A stretch of 64,000 nt of DNA from an uncultured delta proteobacterium (lineage in GTDB: Bacteria; Desulfobacterota; Desulfobaccia; Desulfobaccales; 0-14-0-80-60-11): positions 1,491-65,490 of the forward strand of contig CAVPVR010000002.1 of the NCBI GenBank assembly GCA_963709285.1, read 5' to 3'. The position numbers were made by a program, and so were the translations under genes. The notes beneath the pieces are model-generated. The model made no database searches, was not told the origin of the DNA, and was given only the letters and a program-made list of their open reading frames with translations. Below are positions 17,933 through 27,370 of the stretch, in pieces. Numbering within the stretch: position 1 is the stretch's first letter; each line of letters opens with the position of its first letter.

Positions 17933-20492
17933 GCGGGCTAACCGAAACTCTATCCAGGACTCCGCGTACATCCAGCCCTTACATGCGCCTGGAAGTCATC
18001 GGGAAGCCATCGTGGGCTCCAAAGCCGCTCGCCTTGCAGACATGGCCCAGCAAGGCTTTCCGGTGCCACTCGGCTTCGTCATTACCGTGGCTTCCATGGA
18101 GGCCTTCCTGTCCTATAACGGCATCACGGTGACCGCAGAAGCCTCCCCGGAAGCCGTGCGCCAGGCGATCGTCAAAGGCAGATTCCCCGATAACCTTGCC
18201 TGCGCCATAACCGCGGCGGCCCGAGAACTTGGCGCCGATGAAGTGGCGGTGCGTTCCTCGGCGCTCGGTGAGGACGGTCTGGCCATTTCCATGGCCGGGC
18301 AACTTTCCACCTTCCTCAAAGTGCATCCTGAGGATATCTTGCCAAAGGTGCAAGAATGCTGGGGCGCCTTATTCAGCCAGAGGGTGACGGCTTACCGACT
18401 CAAGCAAGAGGTATCCACATCCCGGGCCATGGGGGTCATTGTCCAAAAGCAGATCCAGGCAAGCTATGCTGGGGTGGCCTTTTCCCTGGATCCCAGCTTG
18501 CTGTCCACGGACCAGTTGCTGGTGGAGTGGGTTGAGGGCCTGGGCGAGTCCCTGGTTTCCGGACAGGTGACGCCGGCCCGCCTCAGCCTGCGCCGCAAAG
18601 ATCCAGTGGTGCCTGAGGAAGTCCCTCTACCTCTCGCCGGGGCCTTACAAGAGCTTTTGCCCCTTATGTTTCAGGCGGAAAAGCTGTTTAGCCACCCTCT
18701 GGATGTGGAGTGGTGCGTGGACGGCACCGGCCTCCACATCTTGCAGGCCCGACCCATCACCGGATTGATGGGCGAGAACATGGTCATCTGGTCCAATGTT
18801 AACATCGGCGAAAACTACTCCCAGGCCCTCAGTCCGTTTACCTGGTCGGTGGTGGAAGCCTTTCGCTTCGGCTATTTCAGGGCCCTGTTCCAGCATCTCG
18901 GCTTGCCGCCGGAGGCCCTCCGAGAAGCAGCCCCGGTCATCAGGAATCTTATCGGCATCCATGGAGGGCGCGTCTACTACAACCTGACAAACTGGTATGA
19001 GATGCTGGCGCTGTTCCCCCTGACCAGTTGGTTTAGAAAGTTTCTCGACCACTACATTGGCCAACGTGTGCCGTTCACCTATATCCCCCGCCGTCCCAAG
19101 CTGCGATTGTTTCGGGAATGGCGCCAAATCCACAGAAACTTAAGGTTCTGGGGTCGGCTCTTCTGGAATTATCTGCGCCTCGAACGCCAGGTGGCTCTCT
19201 TCGAGGACGAGTTCTATACCGCCCGGAAACGGTGGCGGTCGAAGCCCCTGGCTGCCTGTTCTCTCGAGGAACTGGAGGAATTGCTCCAGGATATCATGGG
19301 ATTTCTGAAAAATCAGTGGGGTCGGGCGGCGCTGGCCGATTTTTCGGCCATGATCTTTCCCGGTTGGCTGGAACTTTTGGCAAAGAAGTGGCTGGCGGAC
19401 TCCTCCGGCACAATGACCACGCAGCTTTTGAGGGGCATGAGCCTCAAAAGCACCGAGGGCTTGAAGCTCATCTACGAGATTGCCCAGACCATCGGCCAGG
19501 ACCCCAAACACAGGCAGCTTCTTCTGGACAGCCGGTATGAGGCATTAGAGGAGTCTTTGGACTCTGACCTGAGAGCTGCCGTCGAGCGCTTCATGGAGCA
19601 GTTCGGCGGCCGTTGTTATCATGAGCTCATGATAACCTCTCCCACCTTTGAAGAGCGTCACGATCTTTTCTGGGAGTTGGTACGAAGTTATTATCTGACG
19701 CCTGACAAGAATCCCCAGGACAAGGAGCAGACTGAAGCCCAAAATCGCGACCGCTTTACCGGCGAATGTCTGAGTCGCCTTCCGTTAGCCCGGCGATTGG
19801 TTTTCAGAAAAGTATTGCACGATGCGCACAAGGCCATCAAAGCCCGGGAGGTGGTGCGCCTCTGTCAAAGTCTGATTTATGGGGAACTGCGTCGGGTCGC
19901 TCTGGAACTCGGGGCCCGGCTGGTTACCGATGGCTATCTGATGACGGCCGATGAGGTGTTCCTCCTCACGGTGGAGGAAGTAAGCCACCTTTGCCAGGGG
20001 AAATTCTGGCAGCCCGGAGCACTCACTGAATCTTTGCCTCGCCGCCAGCACACGTGGGATGCGACCCAAGCGAGAGAGCTGCCGGAATTTTTCATTCTGC
20101 CCCGAGGGAGGTATTTTCAGAATTTTGCGGATGTTGTAACATCTGCCGGAGATCGGGAAGTGTTCCGGGGCCTTGGAGTCTCCGGAGGGCGGACGGAGGG
20201 CAAAGTCAGGATTATCCATGATCCTTCCCAAGACAAGGGCTTGGAGCCGGGGGAAATTTTGGTGGCAAAATCCACGGACCCTGGCTGGACGCCTTTATTT
20301 ATAGTGGCCGGCGGCTTGATTCTCGAAAAGGGCGGCCTCCTCTCCCATGGGGCCATCGTGGCCCGGGAGTTCGGCATCCCGGCGGTGGTGGGGGTGGAAG
20401 AAGCCACGCGTCTGTTGTCCGATGAACAACGGGTCCTAGTGGATGGCACCATCGGGGAGGTCAAAATTCTGTCTGACCGCGCCAATGCTTAA
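17925..20492 (+). CDS. PEP-utilising phosphotransferase (PPDK_N ATP-grasp + large central domain + C-terminal swivelling phosphohistidine domain); rifampicin-phosphotransferase-like architecture
   Basis: ORF 17739..20492. ATG at 17925 overlaps the upstream stop (ATGTTTAA). N-terminal PPDK_N (GSKAARLADMAQQGFPVPLGFVIT...VAVRSSALGEDG). C-terminal mobile domain (ILVAKSTDPGWTPLF...GGLILEKGGLLSHGAIVAREFGIPAVVG). No PEP/pyruvate-binding TIM-barrel domain. Confidence 0.8.
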   Translation: MFKRANRNSIQDSAYIQPLHAPGSHREAIVGSKAARLADMAQQGFPVPLGFVITVASMEAFLSYNGITVTAEASPEAVRQAIVKGRFPDNLACAITAAARELGADEVAVRSSALGEDGLAISMAGQLSTFLKVHPEDILPKVQECWGALFSQRVTAYRLKQEVSTSRAMGVIVQKQIQASYAGVAFSLDPSLLSTDQLLVEWVEGLGESLVSGQVTPARLSLRRKDPVVPEEVPLPLAGALQELLPLMFQAEKLFSHPLDVEWCVDGTGLHILQARPITGLMGENMVIWSNVNIGENYSQALSPFTWSVVEAFRFGYFRALFQHLGLPPEALREAAPVIRNLIGIHGGRVYYNLTNWYEMLALFPLTSWFRKFLDHYIGQRVPFTYIPRRPKLRLFREWRQIHRNLRFWGRLFWNYLRLERQVALFEDEFYTARKRWRSKPLAACSLEELEELLQDIMGFLKNQWGRAALADFSAMIFPGWLELLAKKWLADSSGTMTTQLLRGMSLKSTEGLKLIYEIAQTIGQDPKHRQLLLDSRYEALEESLDSDLRAAVERFMEQFGGRCYHELMITSPTFEERHDLFWELVRSYYLTPDKNPQDKEQTEAQNRDRFTGECLSRLPLARRLVFRKVLHDAHKAIKAREVVRLCQSLIYGELRRVALELGARLVTDGYLMTADEVFLLTVEEVSHLCQGKFWQPGALTESLPRRQHTWDATQARELPEFFILPRGRYFQNFADVVTSAGDREVFRGLGVSGGRTEGKVRIIHDPSQDKGLEPGEILVAKSTDPGWTPLFIVAGGLILEKGGLLSHGAIVAREFGIPAVVGVEEATRLLSDEQRVLVDGTIGEVKILSDRANA

Positions 20493-20514
20493 CGTGACCC
20501 TGTTGCGAAAATAT

Positions 20515-20558
20515 CTTGAGGGGCGGGCCGGGGGACCACTGGCCCCCTCTCCCAAAAG
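20515..20558. repeat. G/C-tract repeat, minimal form (both termini, no cargo)
   Basis: cttgaggggcgggccgggggaccactggccccctctcccaaaag. Confidence 0.7.
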
Positions 20559-20602
20559 ACTATTTTGCCACAATCTCAACCTAAGAAGAGAGTAAGCCCG
20601 CG

Positions 20603-21463
20603 ATGGTAACCGATATTGGGCTGTTTGTGAAAGAACGGTTTCCCCTTCCCGTCACCCTGCCCCTCACGCTGATTCTCTTTGCGGGTCCGGCCAGCTTAAG
20701 TCCGCCTGGCCTTTGGGAGGCGATTTTCGGCTGGGCCAGCACCTTTCTGGCTCTGTTATGCTTGAGAATAGCCGACGATCTGGCCTCCCTTCAGATCGAT
20801 ACGGTCGCGCACCCCGAGCGCGGCCTGCCGTCCGGGCGCATCAAGGCGGCGAACCTCAAGGCTTTTGTGGCTGTGAGCCTTGGCGCCATGGTTTTGTGGC
20901 AGAGCACCTCCCAGGCCTTCCTGTTGGTCGTGGCCACGATAACCTTTTACATTCTCTTTTTTAAAGGCTTCAAAGAGAGGCTCCCTCTCCTTATGCGGCC
21001 TTTCTTCTCAAATGTAATCTTCGCGGTGATCCCATGCTATGCTGGTTTGGTGAGCGGTAATTTGAGGATATCCCAGCTTTTCCTGGCCGGTTTTGTCTGG
21101 CTTGCCGCGGTGGCCCATGAATGGGCCCACAACGTGCATGGACCCGAAGAGGCAGGCTTGGGGCTGGCCGATTACGTCGAAGCCATAGGCGCGCGTCCAT
21201 CTGCGGCCGTGGCCCTAGCCCTGTTCGCCGGCGCCGTTTTTTTCGCCTGGCTGGCGTGGCTAAGAATGGCCAAGCCCTGGGTTTTTGGCATGCTGCTCGT
21301 GATAACTACGGTCCACGTAGGATTTTTAGGGGTCAAGCTTATCAAGGAGCCGGAATACAAAAATGCCAAACTTTTTTATGTGGCCGGTTTCACTTTTTTC
21401 CTCTTGCCCCTGGCCGGCTTGATCATAGATAGCCTCTTAGGCCAGATTGCCATACCCCAATAG
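20603..21463 (+). CDS. Polytopic membrane protein, divergent UbiA-prenyltransferase-like
   Basis: 286 aa with about 8 TM helices. Partial match to the first UbiA motif (RIADDLASLQIDTVAHPERGLPSGRI, compare NDxxDxxxD...RPLxSG). The second Asp-rich motif is not evident. Confidence 0.4.
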   Translation: MVTDIGLFVKERFPLPVTLPLTLILFAGPASLSPPGLWEAIFGWASTFLALLCLRIADDLASLQIDTVAHPERGLPSGRIKAANLKAFVAVSLGAMVLWQSTSQAFLLVVATITFYILFFKGFKERLPLLMRPFFSNVIFAVIPCYAGLVSGNLRISQLFLAGFVWLAAVAHEWAHNVHGPEEAGLGLADYVEAIGARPSAAVALALFAGAVFFAWLAWLRMAKPWVFGMLLVITTVHVGFLGVKLIKEPEYKNAKLFYVAGFTFFLLPLAGLIIDSLLGQIAIPQ

Positions 21464-21861
21464 ACCCGACCGCAATCGAGAGGAGAAGGCCCTCTTTCCG
21501 TTAAGGCCAGCGATACCAGCGGACCGCTGGCCACTTACTATTTTGGCCAATACGGGACTTGGGAGAGCAGCATACCCACCATCTCTCCTCCAGAAAAATC
21601 TAGGTAACGGCTCTGACTAGAAACTTAGCAAGCGGCTGAAAATTCTACTTATCCTACCCATAGCGACACATTAGCTCATCATCAAGGACGCCAAACTGTA
21701 AAGGTCCGGTAGACCCCTCCTTTGATAAAACACCACCCAGTTCTGATATCCAAATCATCTCTGAAATTTTTCCCACTCTAGCGATAATGGTCGATCCTGG
21801 CAAGAACTACAAAGGACGTTAAGAAGGCCAGTTTCTGCAGATCTTCTCTCTCCTCCTTAAC

Positions 21862-23211
21862 TCATCTTTCCAGCCGACCGACTATAGCGCGAGTGGCGAT
21901 CAGGCCGCTGGCTGAGGCCTGGATCAGTCCCCGGGTTATGCCAGCCCCATCCCCGATGATAAACAGATTGCGAATCGGGGTTTCCAGTTCCGGGCTTAGT
22001 TTCAAGCGGTGGGAGTAGAACTTCACTTCGACCCCGTAGAGCAAGGTGTGGCGATGGTTGATTCCTGGAGCCAAAGCATCTAACGCCTCTAACATTTCCA
22101 AGATGTCTTTGAGATAACGGTAAGGAAGGACGAAGCTCAGATCTCCAGGGGTGGCGCTTTTGAGCGTGGGCCGGGTGAGGCAACGTTCCAGGCGGGCGGC
22201 GGTAGTGCGGCGACCAACCTGGAGGTCACCCAGCCGCTGGACTAAGGCTCCCTGGCCCAAAAGATTGGCCAGGCGGGCGATATATTGGCCGTAACTAATA
22301 GGATCATCAAAGGGCTCGGTGAAAGTGGAACTCACCAGAATGGCGAAATTGCTGTTTTCCGTTTTCCGGGTAGTATAGCTGTGGCCATTGACGGTGATCA
22401 GGCCGTCCAGATCTTCTAAAACGACCTCACCGTAGGGGTTCATGCAAAAGGTGCGCACCTTGTCGTCGAAGGTGCGGGAGTAATAAATCAATTTGGCTTC
22501 GTAAGCCGCCTCGGTAAGGGGCGCCAGAACCGGGGCTGGGACCTCCACGCGCACCCCGATATCTACTGGGCTTGGAACGGAAGGAATAGCCAGGCGACGG
22601 GCTTCTTCCCGGATCCAGGCGGCCCCAGACCGTCCAGGCGCGGCGATCACATAGCGGGCCCCCACTACCTCTTCATTATCTAAGACCACCCCTGTGACTG
22701 CCCCATCCTTCACCCTGATCTGCTGGGCCCGGCAATGGGTGCGGATCTCCACGCGGCCGGTCAACCGCTCTCTCAAGCAGCTCAGGATTTTTTGGCAATT
22801 TTCCGTGCCGATATGGCGCAAGCGGGTGGGGATGAAGATCATCCCTGCATGCCGGGCCTTGGTTTTCAGAAGTTCCAGGGTATCCGGGTCGCCACCATGG
22901 GTTTCTGAGGGTGCTCCCAGCGATTGATAAATGCTGTCCACTTCCTGGATCAGACCAGTTAAGTCGTCCAGAGGGAGAAGGTCACCTAAGAAACCGCCCA
23001 CCTCGGGGGAAAGGATGAGTTTGCCGTCGCTGTAAGCGCCAGCTCCACCCCAGCCGCACAAGAGACCCCCCGGCTTGTCCCGATGACGATCCCTGAGGTC
23101 TGGACCTTGTTCCACCAACAGGACCTGGCCCGCACCTAAGTTCTCAAGGCTGAGGGCGGCAAACAGCCCCGCTGGCCCGGCTCCAATGATGACTACCTCA
23201 TAGGTGGACAT
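21862..23211 (-). CDS. FAD-dependent oxidoreductase (COG2509-like uncharacterised dehydrogenase)
   Basis: 449 aa. N-terminal dinucleotide fold (YEVVIIGAGPAGLFAAL) and C-terminal IIGDGAGITRGL motif. Confidence 0.75.
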   Translation of the reverse strand: MSTYEVVIIGAGPAGLFAALSLENLGAGQVLLVEQGPDLRDRHRDKPGGLLCGWGGAGAYSDGKLILSPEVGGFLGDLLPLDDLTGLIQEVDSIYQSLGAPSETHGGDPDTLELLKTKARHAGMIFIPTRLRHIGTENCQKILSCLRERLTGRVEIRTHCRAQQIRVKDGAVTGVVLDNEEVVGARYVIAAPGRSGAAWIREEARRLAIPSVPSPVDIGVRVEVPAPVLAPLTEAAYEAKLIYYSRTFDDKVRTFCMNPYGEVVLEDLDGLITVNGHSYTTRKTENSNFAILVSSTFTEPFDDPISYGQYIARLANLLGQGALVQRLGDLQVGRRTTAARLERCLTRPTLKSATPGDLSFVLPYRYLKDILEMLEALDALAPGINHRHTLLYGVEVKFYSHRLKLSPELETPIRNLFIIGDGAGITRGLIQASASGLIATRAIVGRLER

Positions 23212-23538
23212 AGTGCCCCCAAAGGTAACAAAAAGCTGCCGGCAAATCCATTACAATCCGCAGTGGCCAGGATGAGAGGAGAAACCCCCGGTTCCCTCTG
23301 TGGCCTCCATGCTTTTTCTCTTCATAAGCAAGAGGGATTTGACCGACCATAAAAGTGGCAAGTTTGGTTACACAGAGCATATCAAAATTATTTTGCAAAT
23401 TCAATAAGTTATCTTTATGGCAACGTATCAGTCATCTTGTTGTACACTTATTTTTCCCAAGTCGTGCGCACTGGTAAGTTCGGTTCTGGGGTAAGCGGCC
23501 ATCTTTACCAAGGAGTCAATAATGATATATTCTTTGAC

Positions 23539-24177
23539 ATGCCCACCTTCGTCGGACATTCACTGGTTGCTCTGAGCGTCTGCGCCCCTTTGCAAAGAAC
23601 ACCCTTGGGCAAGGCCATGTCGTTCCCTGGCTGGCTGGTGCTCCTGGTGACAGTAAGCATCTTGCCTGACTTTGATGTCCTGATGTTACGCTGGTTTCCG
23701 TATTCCCATCCGCTTAGCCACCGTGGCCTCGGTCATTCCCTGCTTTTTGCCCTGGTTGCCGCGTTTTGCATCACCATTTCCTGCTATCTCGCCGGAATTG
23801 TCCGGGGCAAGCTCCTTACCCTCATTTTGGTATGGCTGTTGGTGGCTGCGGTCATGGGAAGTCATGGCCTCCTGGATGCCTTGACCGATGGTGGATTAGG
23901 GATTGGTCTCTTAAGTCCTTTGAACTGGCGGCGGTATTTCTTCCCCATACGCCCCATCCCCGTTGCCTTGCTCAGCCCCTCCACCATGTTTAACCCTTAC
24001 ATGTTGCACGTTTATACTGTTGAAGTGGCTCTCTTCGGCTTCTTCTGCCTGGCGGCCTGGTTGTCCAGCGCTGATCTTTCAGGCATGCACCTCATTTCGG
24101 CTTTTCGATGGCTGGCCGCAGTAGCGCTTTTTATTTTCGGGATCGCCACCTGGATCGCCAGATGTCAATCTGTATGA
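23539..24177 (+). CDS. Membrane-bound metal-dependent hydrolase, DUF457/YdjM family
   Basis: ORF 23437..24177; likely start ATG at 23539 (MPTFVGHSLVA...). LPDFDVL, SHRGLGHSL and HGLLDALTDGG motifs. Confidence 0.6.
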   Translation: MPTFVGHSLVALSVCAPLQRTPLGKAMSFPGWLVLLVTVSILPDFDVLMLRWFPYSHPLSHRGLGHSLLFALVAAFCITISCYLAGIVRGKLLTLILVWLLVAAVMGSHGLLDALTDGGLGIGLLSPLNWRRYFFPIRPIPVALLSPSTMFNPYMLHVYTVEVALFGFFCLAAWLSSADLSGMHLISAFRWLAAVALFIFGIATWIARCQSV

Positions 24178-24522
24178 GAAATAGTCCAAAAGAGAGGCTT
24201 GAATCAATTAAACTCGTCGTCCTCATCTGGTCAACAGGGCAGGGTGAGCGGTAGATAGTTAATTTTTATATTCAAATTAGCTCTAAAATCTTTCCCGCTG
24301 CACTGATAAGGGTGAAGTTTAACAAGTTCTCAGAAAATCCATTCCATTGATCTTTTTCCCAAGGTGTAACATCGCTATTGAGGTAATCTTTAGAAAGCCT
24401 GGCATTACCGAGCTTCGCCAGAAACTCTGGGATTACTCCCCCCAAGATGCACTTAATCCTTGCTACAATTACCCAGAGCAGGTCACTATAAACAACTAAA
24501 AAAAGAGACTGTCTAATTTCAC

Positions 24523-26148
24523 ATGTTAAAGCGCGTGTACAGGTGGTTTGACCGAAATATCCTGGATCTCGGGAGAGAGATGCGACTGTCGTACCTCCCC
24601 CCCCTCATGGTCTATGTGGCCGCCGGGATCTCCGGCCTGACCGCCATTGTGGGCACCTTTTTCGTGAAGGACTATCTCGGCCTGTCAGCCGAGTTCCTCG
24701 CCGGGTTGGGTTTCTGGGCCGGCATCCCCTGGGCCCTCAAGATGCCTATGGGCCATTTGGTTGACCTGATCTGGCGGTACAAGTCCGCTTTAGTTTGGCT
24801 GGGCGCGACTTTGATTGCCGTCAGTCTCTGCATCATGCTGGGGCTGCTGGCCTATACGGACGCCATGCGCCAGGTCATGTCGGTGGATGCCTGGTTTGTT
24901 CTGAGCGTGCTGCTGGCGCCCGTCGGCTATGTCATCCAGGATGTGGTGGCCGACGCCATGACTGTGGAGGCGGTGCCCCGGCTGGATAGTGAAGGCAAGC
25001 CTTTCGAAGCGGCCGTCACCCGCCTGATGCACACCACCATGCAGACTCTTGGCCGGGTGGCCATTGTGGGCGGGGGCATCATCGTCGCCTTGCTCAATAT
25101 CTTCATGTTCAGCGGTGTGGAGTTCATGAACGAGGCCGCCAAGGTCCGCATTTATATCAAAATTTACCAACTGGCCCTCCTCATCCCCTTGGTCTCCGTC
25201 CTCGGGGTGACCCTCGGGGGACTTCTCAAGATACGGGAGTCACACCGCCTGCGCCGCCTAGGATTCACCTGGAAGCAGGCCTGGGCATCGATACAAGTTC
25301 AGGTGGAACGGCCGGCGGTGAACTGGTGGATTTTAGGGGGCAGTTTGGGATTTGTGGTGTTCACCCTCACTCTGGGTCTCGGCAAGTTGCCCTACAACCA
25401 GGAGATTATCTTCCTCGGCTCCATGGCCATCGTGCTGTTTCTCATGTCAAAGCTGGTGCAGGCCCTCGAACCCCCGGCACGCCGCGTGCTGGTGGGCACT
25501 GCCATCATCATCTTCGTTTACCGCGCCATACCAACACCAGGACCGGGGTCCACCTGGTGGATGATTGATAAGCTTGGTTTTGACCAACAGTTTCTCTCGG
25601 TGCTCTCTCTGATCAGCAGCAGCCTGGCGCTGGCCGGCATGTTTATCTTTCGCCGTTTCATGGCAGAGCGCTCCATCGCCTATGTCATCGCCTTCCTCAC
25701 CATCGCCACCACCTTATTGAGCCTGCCCATCGTCGGCCTGTACTATGGGCTACATCATTGGACCGCGGCCCATACCCATGGCATCGTCGATGCCCGGTTC
25801 ATTGCCCTGGTGGATACCGCGCTGGAATCCCCTCTGGGACAGGTCGCCATGATCCCCATGCTGGCCTGGATTGCCAATTCGGCGCCGTCCAACCTCAAGG
25901 CCACGTTTTTCGCGGTCATGGCCTCCTTCACCAATTTGGCCCTCTCCCTGAGCCAACTCGGCACCAAGTATCTTAATCAGATTTTCATTGTTACCCGGGA
26001 AGTGCAGGATCGAGCCACCGGCGTGATTACCGTGCCGGCGGATTACAGCGAGCTCGGGGTGCTGCTCATCACGGTCAGCGTCATCGGCTTGGCGCTGCCC
26101 ATGGCCGCCATTCTCCTGGTCAGAAGTCTCGGCTTACGAAGCGCGTAG
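24523..26148 (+). CDS. Polytopic transporter, MFS-like (possibly BT1 folate/biopterin-transporter family)
   Basis: 541 aa with about 12 TM helices. The family call is by general resemblance only. Confidence 0.5.
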   Translation: MLKRVYRWFDRNILDLGREMRLSYLPPLMVYVAAGISGLTAIVGTFFVKDYLGLSAEFLAGLGFWAGIPWALKMPMGHLVDLIWRYKSALVWLGATLIAVSLCIMLGLLAYTDAMRQVMSVDAWFVLSVLLAPVGYVIQDVVADAMTVEAVPRLDSEGKPFEAAVTRLMHTTMQTLGRVAIVGGGIIVALLNIFMFSGVEFMNEAAKVRIYIKIYQLALLIPLVSVLGVTLGGLLKIRESHRLRRLGFTWKQAWASIQVQVERPAVNWWILGGSLGFVVFTLTLGLGKLPYNQEIIFLGSMAIVLFLMSKLVQALEPPARRVLVGTAIIIFVYRAIPTPGPGSTWWMIDKLGFDQQFLSVLSLISSSLALAGMFIFRRFMAERSIAYVIAFLTIATTLLSLPIVGLYYGLHHWTAAHTHGIVDARFIALVDTALESPLGQVAMIPMLAWIANSAPSNLKATFFAVMASFTNLALSLSQLGTKYLNQIFIVTREVQDRATGVITVPADYSELGVLLITVSVIGLALPMAAILLVRSLGLRSA

Positions 26149-26550
26149 CCCTTTGCCTCATCAGGATAGTCCCTTTTGGGCCACTCTGTCCAAGTCCAAT
26201 CCAATATGCAAGGGCTCCAAGCACGACTCAGCTCATCCCTGCAGTTTTTTAGAGAACTAATACTACTCAAAGCCTAAAATTAAATCACCGGAAAATGGAG
26301 AACCACCCTCCTAGCGGTTCAGGCGCCGCTGCTCAATTAATCTATTTCCTGGTCTGAGTAATAATTGCAAAGTTGGTACGGGATATTGCCGGAGCAAAAG
26401 TGGAGCAGGTTTTTAACGCTTGGCTGAACCCTTAGGGGAATGGCTTTCTCAAAGGTTGATATTTTGATAAATTTGTTAAAACAAATTTCCCGTGAATGCC
26501 GATACAAAGCTTACTGTAGTGCACCAACTTAATTCAGGAAAGGGCTCTTC

Positions 26551-27252
26551 ATGACGGAACCACAAATACTTTATCAAAGAGATCGGGTGGCGGCGGTTCA
26601 AGGAGGTTTTATTCGCCGGGTTTACAATTGGATGGGGTTAGGTCTGGCAGTTACTGCGCTTGTGGCCCTCTACACCGCCTCCAATCATGCCCTCTTAGCA
26701 TTTATCTTTGGAAACTCCCTGTTGTTCTTTGGTCTGATTATCGGCCAATTGGCTGTGGTTATCATGCTGAGCGCCGGCATCAACCGCCTCCAGGCTTCCA
26801 CGGCGACCTTACTGTTCTTTCTCTACTCAGCCCTCACCGGTCTGACGCTGTCGGTAATCTTCCTGGCTTATACCCGAGCTTCCATTGCCAGCACCTTTTT
26901 TGTTACCGCCGGGACCTTCGGGATTATGAGTGTATATGGTTATACAACCCAGAGGGACCTGACCAACTGGGGAAGCTTCCTCTTCATGGGCTTGATCGGC
27001 ATCATCCTGGCGTCGGTGGTAAATATCTTTTTACACAATGAAACTGTTTACTGGGTAGTAACCTATGCCGGCATTCTTATCTTTGTGGGGCTGACTGCCT
27101 ATGACACGCAAAAACTGAAAGAAATGGCAATGGCAGGTTTTGCGAATGAAGAACTGGAGCGGAAAAGCGCGGTATTGGGCGCTTTAAGACTATATTTGGA
27201 TTTTATCAACCTCTTCCTGATGCTACTGAGGGTATTGGGGGACCGTCGGTAA
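26551..27252 (+). CDS. Bax inhibitor-1/YccA family membrane protein
   Basis: 233 aa with 7 TM helices. Typical ends (FIRRVYNWMGLGL... and ...GALRLYLDFINLFLMLLRVLG). Confidence 0.9.
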   Translation: MTEPQILYQRDRVAAVQGGFIRRVYNWMGLGLAVTALVALYTASNHALLAFIFGNSLLFFGLIIGQLAVVIMLSAGINRLQASTATLLFFLYSALTGLTLSVIFLAYTRASIASTFFVTAGTFGIMSVYGYTTQRDLTNWGSFLFMGLIGIILASVVNIFLHNETVYWVVTYAGILIFVGLTAYDTQKLKEMAMAGFANEELERKSAVLGALRLYLDFINLFLMLLRVLGDRR

Positions 27253-27323
27253 AAACGAACTTGCTCCTTGAAGGGCTCGGCTTGCACCGAGGCGAGAAAG
27301 CGAGTTCAGGTCCTGATCCCTTA

Positions 27324-27363
27324 CCTCCCCCGTGAGAAATCCCTCGCTTTTATGGGGGGGAGG
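27324..27363. repeat. C-tract/G-tract hairpin between convergent genes (repeat-family-like; may act as a terminator)
   Basis: cctcccccgtgagaaatccctcgcttttatgggggggagg. Confidence 0.4.
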
Positions 27364-27370
27364 TATCAGG

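Noticed and set aside
24272-24445. A 57-codon minus-strand ORF (TTG start) reading ...GGVIPEFLAKLGNARLSKDYLNSDVTPWEKDQWNGFSENLLNFTLISAAGKILELI, in the AT-rich gap upstream of the transporter gene.
   Set aside because: The sequence is protein-like, but the ORF is short, has no ATG, has only a weak RBS and matches no recognisable family. It may be a gene remnant, and the support is too weak to call it.
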